A stretch of DNA of 64,000 bases, from contig CBDUPA010000016.1 of assembly GCA_965368975.1 (NCBI GenBank), positions 90,712 to 154,711 of the forward strand, in the 5' to 3' direction. The DNA is from an uncultured bacterium (GTDB lineage Bacteria > Acidobacteriota > Thermoanaerobaculia > Multivoradales > JAHZIX01). Below the pieces are notes generated by a model, which saw nothing but the letters and a program-made list of their open reading frames with translations, had not been told where the DNA came from and ran no database searches. A program made the translations under genes and the position numbers. The stretch's first letter is position 1; each line of letters starts with the position of its first letter. Shown here piece by piece: positions 20,538 to 29,596 of the stretch.

Positions 20538-22346
20538 CTAATTCGCGTCCGCCTGCTGTAGCTTGCCGATCCACAACTCGGCTTGCTCCAGTAGCTGCGG
20601 GCTCTGGCTCTCCTCGACGATGATCTGCAACAGCGCCAGGGCTTCCGCGTGGCGGTCCTGGCGCAGCAGGTTCATGGCGTCGCGGTAGTCGAGCTGCAAT
20701 TGCATCTCGCGCGCCCGTTGCAGCGTCGGCTTGTCGGCACCCAGCTGGCGCAGCCGTTCGACTGCCGTGTCGACGCCCTCGCGCTGCCCCAGGCGGGCAT
20801 GGGCGAGCATCAGGTTGAAGGTGATGTCCGTGCGCCCGGGGAGTAACCGCTGCGCCTGCTGGAGGGCCGTCACCGCCTCGGGCGAGGCTTCCGGTTCGAT
20901 GCTCCAGGCATAGCCCAGCCGCTCCCAGCACGGCGCGAAGTCGGGGGAGGCGTCGAGGCAGGCGGTCAGCGCCGCGCGCGCCTCGGCCACCAGCATCAGC
21001 TCTTCCTCACCCTGCGCCCGCTGGCCGGTGAACGGTCGCAGCAGGCTCTCGGCGAACAGGTAGCGCAGCAAGAAATCGTCCTCCCTTGCCCCAGTCAGCG
21101 CCTGGCGATAGTGCCAGCTGGCCTGCGCGAAGTCTTCGTCGCGGTAGGCCAGGAAGCCGAGTCCCGCGTGCGCCGCGCCTTGCCCCGGGTCGCGTTCCAA
21201 GGCCGCCTGGTAGTGAGCCGCGGCGGCGACCGAGTCGCTGGGACGGCTATGGGCGAGCAGGTGACCGAGCGCCGTCAACGCCTCGGCATCTTCCAGCGTC
21301 ACAGAGGTCGGCTGGATCTCGGTCAGCGGCTGGATCTCGACGCCGCGTGCAGCTCGATCCTCGCGCAGGTGCTCGACCACCAGGTCGCGCAGCGCCGAGC
21401 CGTCGGGCAATTGGTAGACCTCGTCGAACGCTCGCCGCGGGTCGTCCAAGTCGGCGATCCTACCTAGGTACTCGCGGGTCTGCAGTCGGACTTCGTCCGG
21501 GCCGGTCGTCAAGTAGTGCACCAGCGCCCAGCTCTGCATGTAGAAGAGGCTGACGAAACGGGTATCGCCCCCTGCTTGTCCCGAAGAGAGGTTCGAGGAG
21601 TTGGTGGTGAACAGCTCGTCGAGCGGCAGCCACGAGCGCTTGAACAGCGGCAGCGCCATGCTGCGCCGGTTGCCGGCTTGCACCGGTGCCAGGCGCGCGG
21701 TGCCGCCAGCCAGCTCGAAGGTGCTGAACTGCTCCGCGACGCCCTGGCGGTACCATTCCGGCAGTGCCGGCAGATTGGTTTGCAGGAACTGGTTGATCAG
21801 CTGCCGCTGCACCTTGGCGTCCAGACTCTCGGCGCGAGCGCCCTCGCCGACGTAGATCGCCGCGTAATTGCCGTGCTCGTGCGGCGCCAGGAAGCCACTC
21901 TCGACAGCCGTCAGACCGCTGGGTGGCACGTAGGGCGTCAGCTGATCGCGGCGCGCGAAGACGTAGAGCACCGTCGGCCGCGGCGCGGTCAGGCGCGCGT
22001 CTGGTGCCAGCTGGAAGAGTGCGTGGTGCAACTGCTCCAGGCGCAGGCCAGCGCGCCGCAGGTACGAGGGGGCGATGTTGCCGATCACGGTGTAATGGTC
22101 CGTCTGCAGACGCACCCAAGGTGCGTCGAGAGATGGCAAGCCGGACGGAGCGGTGGCGGGTGTCCGAGGCGGTTCCTCGATGATGCGCATCGGGGTTTGC
22201 GCGTGGGTAGGCCAGGTGCAAACAGCCAGCCAGCCGCCGAAGAAGGCAGCGAGCAGGAAGGAGAGCCCCAAGCGGTGGGTTCTTCGTGGTGCTCTTGCCG
22301 CTGGCGCGGGAGTCGGAGGAGTGGTGCGGTCCGTCAAGTCGTGCAA
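20538..22346 (-). CDS. Exported protein: degenerate gluzincin/DUF1570-like domain plus TPRs
   Basis: Signal peptide, W...TDHYTV, PEWYRQGVAE and FYMQSWALVHYL, then TPR repeats. No HExxH motif. Confidence 0.65.
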   Translation of the reverse strand: MHDLTDRTTPPTPAPAARAPRRTHRLGLSFLLAAFFGGWLAVCTWPTHAQTPMRIIEEPPRTPATAPSGLPSLDAPWVRLQTDHYTVIGNIAPSYLRRAGLRLEQLHHALFQLAPDARLTAPRPTVLYVFARRDQLTPYVPPSGLTAVESGFLAPHEHGNYAAIYVGEGARAESLDAKVQRQLINQFLQTNLPALPEWYRQGVAEQFSTFELAGGTARLAPVQAGNRRSMALPLFKRSWLPLDELFTTNSSNLSSGQAGGDTRFVSLFYMQSWALVHYLTTGPDEVRLQTREYLGRIADLDDPRRAFDEVYQLPDGSALRDLVVEHLREDRAARGVEIQPLTEIQPTSVTLEDAEALTALGHLLAHSRPSDSVAAAAHYQAALERDPGQGAAHAGLGFLAYRDEDFAQASWHYRQALTGAREDDFLLRYLFAESLLRPFTGQRAQGEEELMLVAEARAALTACLDASPDFAPCWERLGYAWSIEPEASPEAVTALQQAQRLLPGRTDITFNLMLAHARLGQREGVDTAVERLRQLGADKPTLQRAREMQLQLDYRDAMNLLRQDRHAEALALLQIIVEESQSPQLLEQAELWIGKLQQADAN

Positions 22347-22379
22347 GAGAAGGTCTCCTTCAGCCGCTACAATGGCTCG

Positions 22380-23522
22380 ATGATGCTACTTGGCCGCGGT
22401 CTGTCGTTCAAACGTCTTCCTCTTCTGCCATCTTGGACTGCTGAGCGGCGCCGGGGGTTCCAAGCTTGCGCGCCAGTGCTCGTGCTGCTGCTCGTCCTGC
22501 TGGCGACCTTCCCAGCGCTGCCGGCAAGTGCCGCCAAGGGGGACGTCGAGCTGATTTTCGACGCGCCGCCCGAACTCGAACCGATCGTACGCCGCCTGCG
22601 GCAGATGCCCGCCGGCAGCTACGAAGGCGGTCTCGACGTCACCGGCTTGCGCGACCCGGGGGGCCCGATCCGCGTCATCCTGGCGGCCGAGGGCTCGCCC
22701 CTGGCCGAGCGCGCGCCCGCCTGGGTCAATGGCTACGCCCTCGGGAACATCGGCGTCGTCGTGCTCCTCGCCGAGCGGGTGCCGTCGTATCCGAATGGCT
22801 CGCTCGAAGAAGTCCTGCGCCACGAGGTCGCACACGTCCTGATCGACCGCGCCGCCGGCGTCACGGGCGAGAACGCTCCGCGTCGCGTGCCGCGCTGGTT
22901 GCACGAGGGCACCGCCATGCTGGCTGCCGGCCAGTGGGGCCTGCGTGGCCAGGGCTATGTCACCCTCGCGCGTCTGCGCATCCGTAACCTGTCGCTGGCC
23001 CGCATCGACGAGTACTTCGCCGGCAGTCCCGACGACGTCACCCGTGCCTACGCCCTCTCCGGCGCCTTCGTTCACTACGTGGAACAGCAGTACGGCGGCC
23101 GTCGCGGCGGTGCCATCGCCGCCATCCTCTCGCGCCTGGAACAGGGCCGGCCCTTCCCTGGCGCTTTTCGCGACGTCACCGGCGTCTCGCTGGCCTATGC
23201 CGAACTCGAGTTCTGGGGCGGCGAGAGTTTCTTGAGCCGCTGGCTGCCCCTGATCGCCAACGAAGGCTTTCTGTGGGCCGGTATCTCGTTGCTGGCGCTG
23301 CTCGCGATCTACCTGCGTCGTCGTCGGGATGCCCGCATGCGCGAGCGCTGGTTGAAGGAAGAAGAGCTGGAACGGTTGCAGCTGGAGGCGGAGAAGTTGC
23401 GGCGGGAAGGGGAGCTGGATGGGTTGCGGTTGGTGGGGGAGGTGTCGGCGTCGGAGGAGTTGGCGTCGGAGGGGGAGGGAGCTGGAGCGGGAGATTCGGA
23501 GTCGGAGGAGTGGGTGAACTGA
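22380..23522 (+). CDS. Peptidase MA-like zinc metalloprotease with C-terminal TM helix
   Basis: HEVAH, PRWLHEG, AYALS, hydrophobic leader and C-terminal TM. Start uncertain. Confidence 0.75.
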   Translation: MMLLGRGLSFKRLPLLPSWTAERRRGFQACAPVLVLLLVLLATFPALPASAAKGDVELIFDAPPELEPIVRRLRQMPAGSYEGGLDVTGLRDPGGPIRVILAAEGSPLAERAPAWVNGYALGNIGVVVLLAERVPSYPNGSLEEVLRHEVAHVLIDRAAGVTGENAPRRVPRWLHEGTAMLAAGQWGLRGQGYVTLARLRIRNLSLARIDEYFAGSPDDVTRAYALSGAFVHYVEQQYGGRRGGAIAAILSRLEQGRPFPGAFRDVTGVSLAYAELEFWGGESFLSRWLPLIANEGFLWAGISLLALLAIYLRRRRDARMRERWLKEEELERLQLEAEKLRREGELDGLRLVGEVSASEELASEGEGAGAGDSESEEWVN

Positions 23523-23576
23523 GCAGGTTGCTGTCTGGCACTAGGCGGAGTGCGGATGATGTTAACGTAGCATAGG

Positions 23577-26500
23577 TTAAAGCGTTAGGTGAAGGGTGGC
23601 GGTGGGTGGGAGGTGTTCGATGCTCTTGACCTTTGAACGGCCCAGAATTAGAACAATATTGGTAAGGCTATCGGGTAGTCCTTCCAAGTGAGAGACCGGA
23701 GCTGAGCCGAGGTTCAGCGTAAGCTGGTCAAGGTTTTCGGGAAGGCCGGTGAGGCTCTTCACAGGTGAGGAGCCGACTTCGATGGTCAATTCTCGCAGTG
23801 TGGCCGGAAGCGGCCCTAGCCGGTTGACTTGAGAATTGCTGATGTCGAGTTGAAGCTTCTTGAGTGTAGCGGGTAGGCTACCTAGGTTTCTGACAGCCGA
23901 AGACTCAAGAGTAAGTTCGAGCTCTTGTAGTCCACTTGGTAGTCCTGCAAGACTATGAACACGTGACCTTCCTAGGTTGATGCTAAGTTCTTGCAGTGTT
24001 TCCGGCAATCCATCTAGATGAGTCATGTTCCAAGGAACTTCGCTGAGCCTTAGAGTCCGCAGCCTCCTTGGCAAAGCCCTGAGCGTCCATGGAAAGTACG
24101 TCTTCGCTGTTAGGTTAAGAATCTGGAGGTGTTCTGGCAATCCCTCCAAGCTTCTTATTTTTGATCTGGTTATGTCCAGTGCAAGATGTTGAAGGTTTCT
24201 CGGAAGAAGAGTAATGCTGTTTACATGAGATCCCTGAAGGTCAAGCGTAAGTTGCTGCAAGCTTTCGGGAAGTCCTGCAATATCTTGAACCTCAGAGGTT
24301 CCGATCTTGAGTTCCAACTGAATGAGCCCCTGGGGGAGCCCCCGAATGTCGTCAACCTTCGAGGAGTCGAGATCTAGAGTCAAATGGCGAAGGCTGGCAG
24401 GTAGTTCAACTAAGCTTTGAATCAGGGAGTCCGAGAGATCGAGGGAGAGAACCTGGAGACCTTGAGGCAGTTGGCCCAGACCAGCAATCTTAGTTCCACT
24501 TAGGTCGAGATCTAGCCTCCTGAGATTCTGAGGTATTCCGCTCAGGTTTTGAAGACTTGATCGTGAAGCAGAAAGCCTTAGTTCTTTAAGATTATCTGGC
24601 AGACCTCTCAAGCTCGCTACAAGAGAATCTCCAAGGTCGAGATCAAGATAGGTGAGGTTTGAAGGCAGTTGCTCGATGTTGTTAATTCTAGAGAGGCCGA
24701 TATAAAGAGATAATTTGTCAAGATTTTTTGGGAATGTAGGTAGTTTTGTCTGTTCCGAGTGGCTTAGGTCTAGGTGAAGTTGCTGAAGACTATCTGGCAG
24801 GGTTCCTAGGTCGAGTGGCACCGTCCTCGGTGCGGCAACCATCAACGCTCGAAGGTGTTTCGGTAGGCTTCCAAGGTCGCTAACCTTGGAATAGCGAAGA
24901 TCAAGGGCCAGGTTTTCAATGTTCGGAGGCAGTCTATCTAAGGGGCCATCGAGATCAGCAATTGTGAGTTTCAAGGTTTGCAGACTGCTGGGAAGCTTGT
25001 TCAAGCTTCTTGCTTGGAGGGAATTCACTCGTAGAGTTAGTTCTTGTAGGCTGTTCGGTAGACCAGCCAAGTCCTGTACCTGAGAAGCTTGAATGTCTAT
25101 CTCAAGCATCTTGAGGCCCTGCGGAAGCCCATAGAGATTCTTTACTTCGGAGTCAGAAAGATCGATTCTTAGGTGCTGTAGGCTCTCGGGCAGGCCGTTC
25201 AGGCTTGAGACGTTTCCGAAATCTAAGTGAATCTCGTGGAGAATCGAGGCTTGTGCAAGCCAAGCTAGATTACTTACCCGGGCTGACTCAAGGAACAGAC
25301 TTTCAACTTGAGGAAGGGCTTCATACAGGCCAACTGGCAGGCCCCAGGAGGGTAGTTGCCTCTTGACGCTTTGGACCTGTTGGGCGTGGCGAAAGCCTAG
25401 GGCTACCATCAACCCTATGAATAGGATTGTCACACTTCCAATGGCTAGCAAACTTCTCCTTAACTGTGATGCCCGCAACAACCGCTCTTTCCCTTCCCGA
25501 TTCTCCCCCCACCGCAGCCGAGGCAACTCCTGCTCTACCTGCCGTAGCTCTTTTCTCCGCAACAAGAACCGCCTCGCCTCACCCTCTCTCGACCAAGCCG
25601 CACACCGTCGCGCCAGCAGGCGGGACGCTTGTTCTGCTTCAGTCAAGACCGCCCCTGCCAGCCGCCGCACAGCTGGAATGAATCGCTCGTGCACGAGTCG
25701 CAGTCGATCCTGTGCAGTGCCGCAGCGTTCCAACACTCGAACTCCAGGCAAGGCCAGGTGATCGAGAGCGTGATCGAGCACTTCCGGAGTTTTGGGCCGA
25801 GCGATCCGGTGCAGCTCCTCTACGCTGGCCCCATCCGCTTTCCGCTGGTCTTCTTCGCCCTCTTCCTCAATCAGCACCAACAAGGCTCTGTAGACCGCTT
25901 CCCGTTCTGGCTCTGTGTACCGTTGCAGCTCGCCCTCCAGGTAACTGGTGAGCATGGCACTGTGGCCGCCGATGGAAACAAAGAAGCGCGGATCTTCGGC
26001 ATGCTTGGGATTGTGGCCGAGTACTTGAAGTGCGATCGCGAGATCGACGGGCGAGACCTTGTCGCCTTCCGCGATGCTTCGGATGATTTGATCCCGCACG
26101 GTTTCTTGGACCGTCAAGTCCGCCTCGGCGGCCAGGGTGGAAAAGATCTCCTTGGCGCGGTCCCGGTTGAAGTGCTCGACGGGTAGCTCGCGGACGCGGT
26201 GACGGACGCTTTCGTCTAGGTGCTTCAGCGACCAAACGACCCAGGAATAGTGGTACTCCCGCCGCATCGCCAGAATCCACGTCACCCTGTACGGCGGGTC
26301 CGCTTCCAGATGCTTTTGCAGAAGCTCGAACACGTCCCGGTCCGCCCCGAGCTGCTCGGTCTGGTCTACCAGCAGCGCCCCTTTTTCCAGACCGTTCGGG
26401 TTCTTACCCAACTTCGACCGCACAGCCCGCCGGAACTTCTCGCCCGGATCAGTAGCAACAGCCTCCCAATAGGCCACTTCTTTCTCGTCCAGAAGGTTCT

Positions 26501-26939
26501 GCACACCGGCGCGCAGCAGGGACGTTTTGCCCACGCCGCTTTCGCCCATGACGATCACAAGCGGCACCTGGTCGTCCTGGATCCAGTCCTTGAGTTTCTG
26601 GAGTTCTTCCTGCCGGCCCAGCTTCTTGAAGATCTCGCCGTCCTGCGGCGTGAACGCCGAGGCGCCGCGCAGGATCGGGCCTTGGATCTCGTCAGCCGTC
26701 TCAAGGGGAGGAGAGACCAGTCGCCAGAGTTTGACGAAGGCGATGCTGACAAGGAGCCCCGCGACAGCCAGCAGAGCAGGAGCTAGCCAGGTCTGGATGA
26801 CGGAATCTTTGAAAGCATCCGCGTTGAACAGCCAAAGAGCGGCAGCAAGAGGAAGGGAAGCGAGCAGGCACAGCCTGGCTTCTGGGCGTCCCCACTTGAG
26901 ATGACGGATGAGTTGGCGAAGCTTGGTCAACAATTTCAT
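23577..26939 (-). CDS. Membrane-anchored STAND (nSTAND1-like) ATPase with C-terminal leucine-rich repeats
   Basis: Two N-terminal TM helices, FKKLGRQEE, Walker A GESGVGKTS, LLVDQTEQ, LVHE, a TM helix, then roughly two dozen 22-aa LPxxLxxLxLxLxxSxVxxLxG repeats. Confidence 0.85.
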   Translation of the reverse strand: MKLLTKLRQLIRHLKWGRPEARLCLLASLPLAAALWLFNADAFKDSVIQTWLAPALLAVAGLLVSIAFVKLWRLVSPPLETADEIQGPILRGASAFTPQDGEIFKKLGRQEELQKLKDWIQDDQVPLVIVMGESGVGKTSLLRAGVQNLLDEKEVAYWEAVATDPGEKFRRAVRSKLGKNPNGLEKGALLVDQTEQLGADRDVFELLQKHLEADPPYRVTWILAMRREYHYSWVVWSLKHLDESVRHRVRELPVEHFNRDRAKEIFSTLAAEADLTVQETVRDQIIRSIAEGDKVSPVDLAIALQVLGHNPKHAEDPRFFVSIGGHSAMLTSYLEGELQRYTEPEREAVYRALLVLIEEEGEEDQRKADGASVEELHRIARPKTPEVLDHALDHLALPGVRVLERCGTAQDRLRLVHERFIPAVRRLAGAVLTEAEQASRLLARRCAAWSREGEARRFLLRRKELRQVEQELPRLRWGENREGKERLLRASQLRRSLLAIGSVTILFIGLMVALGFRHAQQVQSVKRQLPSWGLPVGLYEALPQVESLFLESARVSNLAWLAQASILHEIHLDFGNVSSLNGLPESLQHLRIDLSDSEVKNLYGLPQGLKMLEIDIQASQVQDLAGLPNSLQELTLRVNSLQARSLNKLPSSLQTLKLTIADLDGPLDRLPPNIENLALDLRYSKVSDLGSLPKHLRALMVAAPRTVPLDLGTLPDSLQQLHLDLSHSEQTKLPTFPKNLDKLSLYIGLSRINNIEQLPSNLTYLDLDLGDSLVASLRGLPDNLKELRLSASRSSLQNLSGIPQNLRRLDLDLSGTKIAGLGQLPQGLQVLSLDLSDSLIQSLVELPASLRHLTLDLDSSKVDDIRGLPQGLIQLELKIGTSEVQDIAGLPESLQQLTLDLQGSHVNSITLLPRNLQHLALDITRSKIRSLEGLPEHLQILNLTAKTYFPWTLRALPRRLRTLRLSEVPWNMTHLDGLPETLQELSINLGRSRVHSLAGLPSGLQELELTLESSAVRNLGSLPATLKKLQLDISNSQVNRLGPLPATLRELTIEVGSSPVKSLTGLPENLDQLTLNLGSAPVSHLEGLPDSLTNIVLILGRSKVKSIEHLPPTATLHLTL

Positions 26940-27100
26940 GATGGCCTGGTTTGATTAACAGACTTCGTAGTGGTGGCTTTCCGAGATTGTATCGGATACA
27001 CGGACACCAACCCTGCCGGTAACAATCCCTCTCCACCCGGCGTAGTCCTCCTAGAAGCCACCCACCACGCCTCCCACGAGGCCGCTTCCCGGAGGACACC

Positions 27101-29578
27101 ATGAGCTCATTCCTCAAAGAAATCCGCATCGCCGCCCGTTCCTTGACGCGCCGGCCGCTGTTGACCATCGTTGCTGTTCTGTCGCTCGGACTCGGCATCG
27201 GTGCCAACAGTGCCATCTTCAGCATGGTCAACGGCATCTTGCTGCGCCCCTTACCTGGACTCGACGCTCCGTCCGAGCTGGCGCGCGTCTACGTGACGAA
27301 CCGGGACGTGGTCTATGCGTCCAGCGTTTCGTACCTGGACTTCGAGGACTACCAGCGCATGCAGGGCGGCGTGTTCGACGCCATGGCGGCGTACACGCCG
27401 GCGGTGTTCAGCCTGCGCCATGGGGACGGAGTCGCGGCGCGGGGCGGTGAGGTGGTGTGGGGCTCGCTGGTCAGCGGGGGGTACTTCTCGACGCTTGGCG
27501 TCAAGCCGGCGTTCGGGCGTTTCTTCGACGCGGCCGAGGTGGCGAGCGAAGGGACGGCACCGGTGGCGGTGATCAGCTATGAGCTGTGGCGTGAGCGCTT
27601 CGGCGAGGATCCCGGAATCGTCGGGCAGACGGTGCAATTGAACTCGCTGCCGTTCACCGTCGTCGGCATCGCGCCGCGCAAGTTCATCGGTACCGAGGTG
27701 CTGTTCCAGAACCAGATCTGGGTGCCGCTGACCATGGCGATGCAGGTGGCACCGGAGCAGGCGGCGGCGATGGATCTGCGCGGCGTGCGCTTCTTGCGCG
27801 TGACCGGGCGCCTAGCTGAGGCAACGACGCTGGCACAGGCGCAAGCGCGCATGGAAACGGTGGGGCAGCAGCTGGAGGCCGAGTATCCGGAGGATAACAA
27901 GAAGACGCAGGTGGTGGTGATTCCGGAGTCGGAAGCGCGGCTGGAGGTGGGGCTCGACGGGCCGCTCAAGTTCGCTTCGACGATGCTGCTGGCGCTGGTG
28001 GGCCTGGTGCTGCTGATCGCGTGCGCCAACGTGGCCAATCTTCTGCTGGCGCGCGCCGCGGGGCGGCGTCGGGAGATCGGCGTGCGGCTGGCACTGGGGG
28101 CCAAGCGCTGGCAACTGGTGCGCCAGCTGCTCACCGAGAGCTGGTTGCTGGCCCTGGCTGGTGGCGTGGTGGGTCTGTTGATCGCCTTCTGGACGTCTCA
28201 CTTGCTGAGCGTCTGGGAGCTGCCGACCAACCTGCCGCTCGACCTCGACGTGCCGCTCGACCTGCGCGTCACTTTCTTTACCTTGATCGCCGCGGTGCTC
28301 GCCGGCCTGATCTTCGGCCTGGTGCCAGCGCTGCAGGCGTCCCGGCCGCAGCTGGTGCCGGCGCTCAAGGACGGCGGTTCCGGTCGCGGCGCCACCGGGG
28401 GCCGACGGAAGCTGTCGATGGGGCACCTGCTGGTTGGCGTCCAAGTGGCGTTCTCGCTCGTGCTGCTGGTCAGCTCGGTGCTCTTCTTACAGAGCCTGCG
28501 CAACGCCCAGGCGGCGGATATCGGGCTCAACGCCGAGAACCTGCTGGCCGTCACTTTCGACACCAGCCTGAGCGGTTTGGAGGAAGATGCCGGCCGGCAG
28601 TTCCAGCGCCAGGTGCGCGAGCGCGCCGAGGCGCTGCCGGGGGTCGAGGCGGTGACGCTGGCGATGCCGCTGCCGATGGACTGGATGGCGCGCATGATCA
28701 GCGTGACGCCGGCCGAGGCGGCGGACGACGACTCGGAGGTCGACGTCTTCTACAGTGCCGTCGAGCCGGGCTACTTCGAGACCGTCGGCACGCGCTTGCT
28801 GCAGGGGCGCGCGTTCGACGAGCGCGACGACGAGGCGGCGCCGCAGGTAGTGATCGTCAACGCGGCGCTGGCTGATCGGCTGTGGCCGGGTGAGGATGCT
28901 CTGGGCCAGCAGCTGCGCAGTGGTTTCGGATCGACTTCGATGGAAGTCGTGGGTGTCGCGCAGACCGGCAAGGTGCGGCTGGTGTCCGAACCGGCGACAC
29001 CCTTCCTCTATGTTCCGCTACGCCAGCAGTTCAGCAGCCAGGTGACGCTCGCCCTGCGCACCAGCGGCCCGCCGGCACGCCTGGACCCCGCCGTCCGTGC
29101 CGAGCTGGCGGCGCTCGATCCAGATCTGGCGATCTATGACGTGCGCCCGTTCGACGAGGTCGTCTCCGGTCGCGCGCTGACGCCGATCCGCCTGGTGGCG
29201 TTGCTCGCCGGTGCCTTCGGTCTCCTCGGCTTGATCCTGGCGGCCGCCGGTCTGTACGCGGTGATGGCCTACGCCGTGGCGAGCAAGACACGTGAGATCG
29301 GGCTGCGCATCGCGCTCGGTGCCAGCACGGCGTCGGTGCTGTGGCGGGTGCTCGGCCAGGGGCTCAAGCTGACCGGCTTCGGCCTCGCCTTCGGTGTCGG
29401 CCTCGCCTGGCTACTCGGCCGTGGCCTCGGCTCGCTGCTGGTCGGTCTCGAAGGCGCGAGTCCACTAGTCCTGGTCGGCGTCGCCGTTGCACTGCTGGTG
29501 GTTTCGGTGCTGGCCAGCCTGCTGCCGGCACGCCGGGCTGCCCGCGTCGACCCGATGGTGGCTCTCCGAGACGAATAA
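27101..29578 (+). CDS. ADOP-type duplicated ABC transporter permease (MacB/FtsX)
   Basis: LGLGIGANSAIFS, LLIACANVANLLLAR, REIGVRLALGA (repeated in second half), ARVDPMVALRDE. Confidence 0.92.
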   Translation: MSSFLKEIRIAARSLTRRPLLTIVAVLSLGLGIGANSAIFSMVNGILLRPLPGLDAPSELARVYVTNRDVVYASSVSYLDFEDYQRMQGGVFDAMAAYTPAVFSLRHGDGVAARGGEVVWGSLVSGGYFSTLGVKPAFGRFFDAAEVASEGTAPVAVISYELWRERFGEDPGIVGQTVQLNSLPFTVVGIAPRKFIGTEVLFQNQIWVPLTMAMQVAPEQAAAMDLRGVRFLRVTGRLAEATTLAQAQARMETVGQQLEAEYPEDNKKTQVVVIPESEARLEVGLDGPLKFASTMLLALVGLVLLIACANVANLLLARAAGRRREIGVRLALGAKRWQLVRQLLTESWLLALAGGVVGLLIAFWTSHLLSVWELPTNLPLDLDVPLDLRVTFFTLIAAVLAGLIFGLVPALQASRPQLVPALKDGGSGRGATGGRRKLSMGHLLVGVQVAFSLVLLVSSVLFLQSLRNAQAADIGLNAENLLAVTFDTSLSGLEEDAGRQFQRQVRERAEALPGVEAVTLAMPLPMDWMARMISVTPAEAADDDSEVDVFYSAVEPGYFETVGTRLLQGRAFDERDDEAAPQVVIVNAALADRLWPGEDALGQQLRSGFGSTSMEVVGVAQTGKVRLVSEPATPFLYVPLRQQFSSQVTLALRTSGPPARLDPAVRAELAALDPDLAIYDVRPFDEVVSGRALTPIRLVALLAGAFGLLGLILAAAGLYAVMAYAVASKTREIGLRIALGASTASVLWRVLGQGLKLTGFGLAFGVGLAWLLGRGLGSLLVGLEGASPLVLVGVAVALLVVSVLASLLPARRAARVDPMVALRDE

Positions 29579-29596
29579 TGGCGGGACGGCTAGGGG

